Source: Zancudomyces culisetae HAW-14-8
Taxonomy: Eukaryota; Fungi; Kickxellomycota
Length of the DNA stretch: 64,000 nt
Direction of reading: 5' to 3'
NCBI GenBank assembly: GCA_052426225.1
Contig: JBNJNM010000021.1
Location: 2,542,001-2,606,000 of the forward strand
The translations under genes and the position numbers were made by a program. Of the stretch, positions 49,593 to 59,223 are shown in pieces. Numbering within the stretch: the first letter of the stretch is position 1; each line of letters begins with the position of its first letter. The notes under the pieces were generated by a model. That model searched no databases. It saw only the letters and a list, made by a program, of their open reading frames with translations, and was not told where the DNA came from.

Positions 49593-51434
49593 TCAAAGTG
49601 TATCGGCGGAAGGCTTCAGGGATGCACGGCCAGCTCTCATAATTTCATCGACAAGCAAAAGGTTCGTCGCAATAATTGAACAAGAATGTAGCTGCTGTCT
49701 TACAACGCGATAGTTATCCCAAATTCCAAATATCTTGGGATCGATTGCAGACCCAGAATCGAGGTCAACGCCTACAGAAAGACCATCAGAAAAGTACTGC
49801 TCAAGCTCGACTATGACGGCCAAAGGGTCGTGACCAGCATTTGAGGCAAGGGTTTTGGGAATAACCAACAGAGCCTCAGCAAAGGCTTGGTAACCAAGTT
49901 TTGCAGTAGACGATGAGATAGGAATAGAGGGTAACATAGAAGATAGGTGAAAAGAGCAAGATGCGAAGAAGGATCCAGCACCAGGCACCAACGAGCGATC
50001 TTCAATGGCGTTTTTAACAGCACGAAGTCCGTCGCGGACAGCATCGGAAATTTGGGACAGGGTGTATGTGTTTGGAGCCTTAATGAGAACAGTGACAGAC
50101 TTTGGAGCCTCACATTGTTCAATAAATGTAAACTTTTCTTCGCCAAGAGTATATTCATAAACCAGTCCAGCATACCCCAAGACATCGGGAGTCAAGTCAT
50201 CAACAGAGTTCATAGCCTTACCGCCACAGCATAAGGTTAGTCGTTCCATATTTCGGCGCTTGGCTCTTCGCAAAGCATAGATTCCATGGGAAGCTAAAAG
50301 ATCGAGAGAAAGAGGGTCTATTCCCTTTTGGTTAACTATTACAAACCCTTGATCTCCAGTACATACTTGTTTTTTGAGTTCAATGATTTTCTTCACCTTC
50401 TCATCCACAAACTTGCGTTCAGACTGAATCAGCTTGTCGCGTTGCTCTGCGCTGCTATAAAAGAACCCACTGTTAATTTCGGTTTTCTCGTATTCTAATG
50501 ACACATTCAATGTCAAGATAAACGCATTGCTTATTCGTTTAGGCATATCCGGATGCCTTGCTCCGTGATCCAACACCAGCCCCTTTATCAGTTGTGTTTC
50601 GCTTGCGGTTCTGTGCTGCATCTTCATTATTTCCACCATATGAAGATCTATTCCTTTTCCCTCCTGTTCGATGCATGACACCGCCTCTACTACAATTTCG
50701 GTGAGTTTGTCTGCGACTTTACTCCCTATTTTTGTTCTTAGTGCTGTTCGAGCTACCTGTTGCAGTGTTTCCGTATCAATATCTTTTTTTTCCACTTTAA
50801 ACTCCTCCAGGTACTATTTTTTATATGTGTGTTTAATTTTAGATTTTAATTTTCTTTATAATTATCAGACTTGTCAAAAAAAACTCAACATCCCAGATCA
50901 ACATCCCAAATCAACATCTAGTATACTAACCTTAACCGCTAGATCCTTTGCGGCATTTAAACCTTCAGCAATAAGTCTAGGATGAACTCCTTCCTCAATC
51001 TTCCTGTGTGCTTGTTTAAGCAGCTCCCCCACGAGTATAACAACACTGCTTGTTCCATCTCCTGTAACTTCATCTTGTGCAGTAGCTGCTCTAGCTATCA
51101 TCACAGCTACTGGATTCGTAATTTGCATCTCACTCAGCAAAACTTTTCCATCCTTTGTGACCTTTATTCCTCCACTTCCATCAACCAGCATTTTGAGTGT
51201 ACCCCGGGGTCCTAAATTGCTTTTAATCACTGACTGTAGCCCTATCGCGCTATTTACATTTACCGCAAGTGCTTGACCCGCTCTTGATACCTCCGAATCC
51301 GGGTTCGCTAACTTTACTGCTTGTGCCGACCTATTCAAATTATTTTCATATTTAGTAATTACCTCTCTTCATGCATCATTTTTTAAAAATTAAAATATGA
51401 GATTGAAACCTAGTGCATAGTTATCGATTTACAT
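49593..51434 (-). CDS. CCT6: Chaperonin CCT/TRiC zeta subunit, 3 exons
   Basis: [14 protein letters not shown]; GDGTSS; [15 protein letters not shown]; [17 protein letters not shown]; [11 protein letters not shown]; introns 50814-50930 and probably 51331-51432. Confidence 0.94.
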
Positions 51435-53513
51435 TTTATTATACTTTTGTACAAATGTTAATTAGCTATGTTCAGACGTGAAAACTCCGCTATCTTTGAC
51501 CACTTTGTTAAATGCTCCGCTTTTTACGATTTGTTTTGAACTTTAAAGGCCCCCTCTTTTATTGATTGAATTTTCTCTCTTATTTACCAAAGCAAATTGC
51601 GACTTAATTGATTCTCAGTGTTTACAAAAAAAAATTTTTTTTTCATTCCCCCCACAAATTTCTTTCAGCTTTTATTTTTTTTTGCTAGATGAATTTTTTA
51701 AATATAAATACCACATAAAACTACCAATTTAATCAAATACAAAAAAGAACAGAAAAAATGTATGCAGTATTATTTGTAGTACAGCTATTTCCTAAATTTG
51801 TTAAAACTGTTTAGTTTGATGCAGAAAAGGTCCAAGTTTTTATAGAAAGCCATTCGAATAAGGCTGGAAGACCGGCTGCCTGCGCTTTGTATAGCATAAT
51901 GAAACTATTGACTCCTATCTAATGAAGAAAAATATGTGTTATTCCATGGTATTAAGACATATAAATCCAGGAACTACAACCAGCTTTTATAGGTGGAGAA
52001 ATGTGGGTATTTACAAGACGAGTTGACATTTATACTCACAAGATGTACATGTAAATGTGTTGAAATTAGAAAACTGTGGTATTAGACTGTTCAGAAAAAA
52101 GTTAGATGTTGGAAAAACCATAGCTTTGCCGTCACAGTTGGTTACTTTATGTTTATAATATACTATATTCAATAAATTCCATCTTGAAACTGTAGTTTAG
52201 TTTTATAAGTGCGATTAATAATATTTCTATGTATTTTAATAAAATATTGCCGCTTTTTTCAAGTAAACCACTTTGTATTCTTAAAATATACAGAGTTTTT
52301 GCTGTATACTCAGGTATTTAAAATAGTATTGCAATTCGGTTAGAAAAAAACATAAGCATTACGCTGCATAATCCATGATATTACTAAACAGAAAAGGATA
52401 GAAAAAATAAAGCAAAAGAACAATTGTCAATGGTAAGCCGATGGTATAAAGAGAGTAGGGGATAAGTCTTATTGATGGCATCTCGCCACAAATATGTTGA
52501 TAGTTAATGAAAATTACACTACATGTTATTGTATATAAATACATGTGCTGGCTAGCGAGGAATGTCACCCATCAGCCTCTGTCGGGCTACAAAAAGCTGC
52601 AATCTCTCCAGATGGTCGCAATTTTATCAAAATACTGACAATTTATATATCCACCCCCCTCTTTCTTCTCCTCCACCAGTATAAAACTCTGTTACAGTTT
52701 TGTTTTCACTTTGCAGTGGTAACTAAACTCTTATAATCGAATTTAAATGCTATGACAATGAGGAAAATAAAGTCAATTGTAGTTTGTATACTCATATTTG
52801 TAGGACAAAAAAAAAAGATACGAATTGATACAGATACGTTAAAGGAGCCGGGTATATATAATTTCACCATTTTTGTAAAAAAAAGCTTCACTTGAGTGGG
52901 TTTATAATTAAAGGGGTGTTGATACTTAAGCCTATAAATTGATATGGGTCATGGAATAATTCCAGCTCACAAAAAACTTTGAAATGGTTTGATTCCAGTA
53001 ACACCGCTGCTGTGTATAATTATGTCATGGATTTTTATACAAAAGAAAAAGACCAAAAAAAATTTTATTCACAAAATCTCAACAAATCATTGTAGCAGAA
53101 TCAAATTTATACTGAGCTGGAAATTTAATTGGCGTAAAAAAAGGATAGCAACTTTGTATTGAATCTATTATGCTTTAATTGAACATAGAAATAAAAACTT
53201 TTTAAAAATTGCTTTAATAAAAAAATACTCTTACGAAGCCAAGTTGGAAAAAACGGATTGTGCAATTTATTAAAGGTGAGTATATTATAGTTAGCATATA
53301 GCCTGTATAGCCTTAGAAAGTGGGTATGTGTTAAGAATGGTTAGTTGCGTTGAAGGGTTGAGGAGTATACAAGGTTATTGTTATATTCGGAGATCAGATA
53401 ACATCGGATTCAACAAATCACTAAATCCAGTGTATTTGTAAATGTAAAATTGTAGGATTCGTTATTTTAAAATCGATTCTTGATTAACAAAAAGTGCTTT
53501 TGAATTAGAGAGA

Positions 53514-54806
53514 ATGTCACAGATTTCAAAGACAAAGAAGGTAATTAATTTGATTAGAACTAGACTGGATATATTGGTGACGCGGCTTGTAAATAGCATG
53601 AACTCAAACAGCGTGCCTCTACTTGGGAGATGTTGCTACAATCTTAGTTTACACTTTTATGTGTTTATAAACTGATGGTTTTAGTAATAATATGGGGCTA
53701 TTTCTATCAGAAGAAATGTGTTGGGTGCGGTTTAAAACTTATACACATATCCCATCACTATCCGATTGATAAAGGCCTTGCACACGTAGTCAAATTCAAA
53801 CCTTTGGGAGAAAAAACAAGTGATGAGTGCAGATTACTGCCAAAATTATTCTGACACCTCTTGTTTGAATGCCACAAGGAGAGCTAGTTGCTTTGGAGTA
53901 GTATCTCGAAGTATATTCTAGCTTTTCTTGCGGTATAATGCACTTAACGCATACTCTGAAAAGTTTTTTCTTTTGACTTTGACTGCGATGTTTGAGTTTT
54001 AGATGTATGATAGTCGCATTAGTGATAAAACGATATTTCCAAGTATTTACAACTAAATGTATTTTAAAATAATATAGCTTGTTGCTGACGGAGTATTCTA
54101 CGCCGAATTGGATCAATTTTTCCAACGTGAATTGGCAGCAGAGGGTTACTCAGGTTGTGAAGTCAGAGTAGCACCAGCACGCACAGAAATCATCATTAGA
54201 GCTATACAAACACAAGATGTTCTTGGTGTAAAGGGAAGAAGAATTAGAGAATTGACATCAATTGTTCAAAAGAGATTTGGATTTGCCGAAGGAACATGCG
54301 AGTTGTTTGCAGAGAGAGTAGCTGCTCGTGGTCTTTCAGCTGTAGCACAAGCTGAGTCGCTTAAATATAAATTGCTTCAAGGATTGGCTGTTCGTCGTGC
54401 CTGTTACTCAGTTATGAGATATGTAATGGAATCAGGTGCCAAGGGATGTGAAATTGTTGTATCAGGAAAACTTAGAGCTGCAAGAGCCAAGTCAATGAAG
54501 TTTGCCGACGGATTTATGGTTCACAGTGGTCACCCAGCACAACAATTCATTGACTACGCTGTTCGTCACGCCGAGATGAAACAAGGTGTCTTGGGTATCA
54601 AGGTAAAGATCATGTTGGACTGGGATCCTACTGGTAGAATTGGACCAAAGAACCCTCTACCTGATATGGTTACTATTGTTGAGCCAAAAGAGGAGGCAGC
54701 CTTTGTTGAGCCAACATCTGAAGATAAAATGAAGCCAGCACCAGCAGCCCCAGCACAAAACGTTGAGTCAGCCGATGCAGCTGCTTCAGCTGTTCAAGCC
54801 ATATAA
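53514..54806 (+). CDS. RPS3: 40S ribosomal protein S3 (uS3), 2 coding exons plus a probable 5'-UTR intron at 53276-53508
   Basis: [35 protein letters not shown]...; [20 protein letters not shown]; intron 53541-54077. Confidence 0.96.
53809..53971 (+). ncRNA. Candidate intronic box C/D snoRNA
   Basis: C box GTGATGA at 53820-53826, D box CTGA at 53956-53959, perfect 9-bp terminal stem AGAAAAAAC/GTTTTTTCT, internal CTGA at 53851, long internal hairpin. Confidence 0.65.
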
Positions 54807-55103
54807 ATTTTATATATATTTTGACCCATTTTATATATGAAACCTGTCTTTTTCAACTGTTCTAATTTACTATACTATACAACATTCTAATTAAAATTTT
54901 TGATAATTGTACATTGGTCGTGTGTCGCAAACCAATTTACGTGTCGAAATGTAAACATAGACAAATCATTGTTTTTTGTTTTATTGATAAACTAGCACAT
55001 TAAGGGTGGTCTCACAGACTCTCTCCTCAATAATTGGAGGCGTCACGTTAACATCAACCATGGTTAAGCTTGTGTTACGGGACGAAAAAATGGATGAAAA
55101 AAT

Positions 55104-55479
55104 TCGCTGGGTATGGAGGTGAAATGTTCGGCATGTCTGAAGCAAGGGTAAAACCGATACAGCAAGCTGTGGACAACACATTGAGAATAGCCATGGGAGT
55201 GGGCAGATCGACATGCATGAGGAGATTGCGAGAAGAATTAAATATAACAGATATTTACAGTAGAACGACCAGAGCTAGAGACAGAGCATTCCACAAATGG
55301 AGTGGCATGAAAACATGGATAGCAGATTTAATACAGAACCCCTTCAAACACTCGAAGGACACTTGGGTCACAGGGTACACAAGGTGGTCTAACAGATTCA
55401 ACAGGATCAAGATTGACAATTCACCAACCGGAGAGGTAAGAAAAACCAAAGAGACACTCGAGATAAACAACAGGCTGAA
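55104..55479 (+). mobile_element. 5'-truncated LINE copy D, left part (interrupted)
   Basis: Matches the late ORF2 region with copy-A-type variants; stops at AAACAACAGGCTGAA. Confidence 0.9.
55465..55479 (+). repeat. 15-bp target-site duplication AAACAACAGGCTGAA, copy 1 of 3 (others at 56964-56978 and 63062-63076)
   Basis: Direct reading of the three junctions. Confidence 0.9.
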
Positions 55480-56966
55480 AGTACCAGGAATTCAAGAAAA
55501 AATTCCGGGACTACTATTTGCAGACGATACAGTTTTATTGTCAGACACCCCAGAACAGATGCAAGAAGCTCTTAACATGATGCAGCAATGGTGTCAGAAG
55601 TGGGACATGAAGGTGAATGCTAGCAAGAGTGCGATTATGACAGTTGAAGCAGTGAATAGAACAAGCGACGAAAATAACAATAATATTGAAATTACGATTC
55701 CAGAATACTTTTTGGGAAGTGCAAAAGTACCAGAAGTAGATGAATATAAATACTTGGGTGTTATATTCAATAAATATTGGAATAACAAGCTACACATACA
55801 GGAGAGGAAAGAAAAAGTACAAAGAGCAACCATGAGCAACTACTATCTACTCAAAGACAGAAATACACCGCTGTTGATGAAAAAGATGGTAATTAGGTCG
55901 ATAGTCATTGCGGTCGCTGGGTATGGAGGTGAAATGTTCGGCATGTCTGAAGCAAGGGTAAAACCGATACAGCAAGCCGTGGACAACGCGATAAGAATAG
56001 CCATGGGAGTGGGCAGATCGACATGTATGAGGAGATTGCGAGAAGAATTAAATATAACAGATATTTACAGTAGAACGACCAGAGCTAGAGACAGAGCATT
56101 CCACAAATGGAGTGGCATGAAAACATGGATAGCAGATTTAATACAGAACCCCTTCAAACACTCGAAGGACACTTGGGTCACAGGGTACACAAGGTGGTCT
56201 AACAGATTCAACAGGATCAAGATTGATAATGTACCAACCGGAGAGATAAGAAAAACCAAAGAGACACTCGAGATAAACAACAGACTGAAAGACAAGTCGA
56301 ATATTACAAAGTGGATAAAGGAAGTTGGAGCAGGCCGACAAAGGAACTGGGTCGACTTACAAGCGGCCTTTCCACAGTACATGAAACACATTCTTTTCGT
56401 AGGTCGAATTCGAATAGGCCAATTTTGGACCGCCACGAGATTAGCAAATTCGGGTTTTATAGATCCAGATTACAAAGCCAAATGTCCGTTCTGTAAGAAA
56501 GAAGAAAAAGAAACAGTTGAACATTACCTATTAGATTGCAGCAGATGGGACGAAATTAGGAATGATTTACTTACCGAATTTATAGATTTTTATAGTTCTT
56601 TTTTATCTAGCACGATTTCCGAGTGTGTTGAGCTTCGCAGGAAAATCGTGGGTAAACTCCTGGGGGAGGAGTTAAAGCTCAAACTACCTGGGATTCTTCG
56701 GGATCCAAACGCCACTTGCGTTAGAGCAGTGGTTTCCACAGCCCGGTTTCTTAACGAGACCTTTTTACCTCGCTACCTAGTGTTGAAAGACATTAGTGTA
56801 GTCCCACTCCCCTTGAACCAATGCCCATCGGGTACGGAGACTCTAGAGAGTCGAAGGGGGATAGGATGAGTTTAGATTATAGATTGTTTTTAATTGTTTA
56901 TAGGAACTGTTTATTTTCTAAATAAATTTTTTTTTCTACCGAAAAAAAAAAAAAAAAAAAAAAAAA
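55480..56966 (+). mobile_element. 5'-truncated LINE copy E nested in copy D
   Basis: Begins in RT (VPGIQEKIPGLLFADD), appears identical to the 3' part of copy C, and ends in a 25-nt poly(A) followed by the target duplication. Confidence 0.9.
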
Positions 56967-57446
56967 CAACAGGCTGAACTTCATTTTTTAAAAAATTGAA
57001 AAATATAGCGATATCGACTATTGACAAACGTATCCAGGGAAGATTTTATACACTATAGTACTTCATTTTTTAAAAAATTGAAAAATATAGCGATATCGAC
57101 TATTGACAGCGACTAAAATCACACAACATCTTAAATAAAATATTACCTTTAAAACAAGCCTAAAAACATTAAAAACCATAAGAAAAAAAAAGATATATAG
57201 CAATAAAAAAACATAAGAAAAAACATAAAAAGATAACAAAAAGATAACAAAAAAAGTTATAAAAAACCCAAAAAACATAGTAAAAAGTACCCAAAAGGTC
57301 ATAAAAAACTCATAAAAAACACGTCTAAACCGAGATTAGTACTGATCTCGACACATTTAGTCCAACTGAACATAAATCTAAACCTAAATCTACTAAATTT
57401 AACTGACCTTAAATCCAAAAAAACCCTAAGAAACGTCTGCGAAGAT

Positions 57447-59108
57447 ATGGCATCAACGCAGACGAAAGAAAAGTCCTATGCGCAAACTGCGCAAAGGGGC
57501 AGCTACCAAGCTGCAAGAGGAGGTAGAGCGATGCTCTACCAACAATACTCTATCCTCCACTGGGTCGATGAGAGACCCGATGTAGGGAATATGATTGTTT
57601 GCAGAACCAGAGATGAGCGAAAACTCGCCATCCGAACCAGAAGCATCAACGCAAACTATGATGCAGCAATGGGTGAGATCTCTGATACCCTAAAAGACTT
57701 TGAAGTATCATTCGACCAAGACAGAGAAAGAGGAGTTCTGTTTGTCTGGTTCAAAACAGTGGAAGACGCAGAAGCGGCTAGAAAGATCAAAAAAACTGTG
57801 TCAGGAAAGGAGCTAGATCTGTGGAACACCTTTCAACACACTGAAGTAACGAAAGTGGTGACCATACCATCATTCAAGAACGATGAGATCCATGGATTCG
57901 TCGCAAATCTATACCAAGTAATGAAGCACTATGGTGAGATTGCAGACATTATGGCATTAAGGGTGGCGGGCAACGATCACTTCGTTGTCAACAGCCTAAA
58001 GGTACTAATAAGGATGCACAAGGGAGCTAAACTGCCTACAACAATAGTGGTAAAGGATGAAAAGATCAATCTGATCTGGGATGGGGCGCCAGCCTCTTGC
58101 ACATACTGCAAGATTGAGGGTCACTGGAAGAGTGAATGCCCTGAACTGGCAAAACAAAGAAAAAGAAACAGACCAGACAGGTACAGAGAAATAAAACAAA
58201 TGATAGCAGAAGGTAAAAACCAGATTGAACAGGAGAGACAAAAAGAAATGGAAATGAATAAGGAGTTAGAAATGCAGAATGAACTAGAAAACCAACACGA
58301 AAAAAAAAGACAACAAGAACAGGAAAAACGCCAGGAACGGGAAAAGCAGCAAAAAGAAGCCGAAAAGGAAGCGGAAAACGAAGCTGATAATGAAAATGAA
58401 AATGAGAAGGAAAGGGCAAGCGATAAAGAAAGCTTTGACGACGACTACGAAAGTCGTATGGACGAAGGTTACGACTCGGAAGAGGAAAAACAAGAACGAG
58501 TACAAAATGAAGAGGAAGCACGAAAACAAGCAGAACTGGAGAAAGCAGAAAACATGGAGGTGGAAAATATCATCAACGAAGTTATCTTTAATAACAACAT
58601 TAGTAAAAAAAAAACAAAAAAACAAAAATTCAAAATACTGAAACAAAGCAGTAAACAAAAACAGATCAAAAAGATCAATAAACAAAAAAAAAATAAGGAA
58701 GACAATGCAGTCATAAGGCTGGCACAAAAGCTTGCGATGAAGGAAAAAGAAGTAAAAGAAAGAATAGAAAGAGAATCACTTACAGCAGAAGGGGAGACAC
58801 GAATGGAAGCACAGCCACAACAAGAGGAACAAGGGCAAGAACAACAACAACTACAAGAGCAGCAACAAGGACAAGAGCAGCAACAAGGACAAGAGCAGCA
58901 ACAAGGACAAGAGCAAGTACAAGAACAACAGCAAGCACAGGAACAGAATCAAACGCAAAACCAGCAAGAGGCACCACACGGCGAGGCGGAAGACAGCGGA
59001 ACCGGAAAACCTCCGGATCAAGACAACAGCAATCAAATCGGTCCCAGCATCCATGATGCGGAGATGGAGGAAGACCCTCCTTCATCTCCGATAAATGTAA
59101 TGGATTAA
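57447..59108 (+). CDS. LINE ORF1 (gag-like, zinc knuckle) of copy C
   Basis: CTYCKIEGHWKSEC; Q/E-rich repeats. Confidence 0.9.
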   Translation: MASTQTKEKSYAQTAQRGSYQAARGGRAMLYQQYSILHWVDERPDVGNMIVCRTRDERKLAIRTRSINANYDAAMGEISDTLKDFEVSFDQDRERGVLFVWFKTVEDAEAARKIKKTVSGKELDLWNTFQHTEVTKVVTIPSFKNDEIHGFVANLYQVMKHYGEIADIMALRVAGNDHFVVNSLKVLIRMHKGAKLPTTIVVKDEKINLIWDGAPASCTYCKIEGHWKSECPELAKQRKRNRPDRYREIKQMIAEGKNQIEQERQKEMEMNKELEMQNELENQHEKKRQQEQEKRQEREKQQKEAEKEAENEADNENENEKERASDKESFDDDYESRMDEGYDSEEEKQERVQNEEEARKQAELEKAENMEVENIINEVIFNNNISKKKTKKQKFKILKQSSKQKQIKKINKQKKNKEDNAVIRLAQKLAMKEKEVKERIERESLTAEGETRMEAQPQQEEQGQEQQQLQEQQQGQEQQQGQEQQQGQEQVQEQQQAQEQNQTQNQQEAPHGEAEDSGTGKPPDQDNSNQIGPSIHDAEMEEDPPSSPINVMD

Positions 59109-59223
59109 CATCCTATTCAAGTAACAGAAATACATAAGTACAACAATAACAACAACAACAACACAAACAAAAATAACAACAAATATCATAACTGATAAAC
59201 TACTGGTACTCAACATACCAGAA

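Noticed and set aside
51800-52900. Possible gene between CCT6 and RPS3
   Set aside because: Only short ORFs without recognisable motifs or a consistent splice model
55070-56869. 599-aa ORF as a real gene
   Set aside because: It is a chance in-frame fusion of flank, copy D-left and nested copy E, with no ATG start and an incomplete RT
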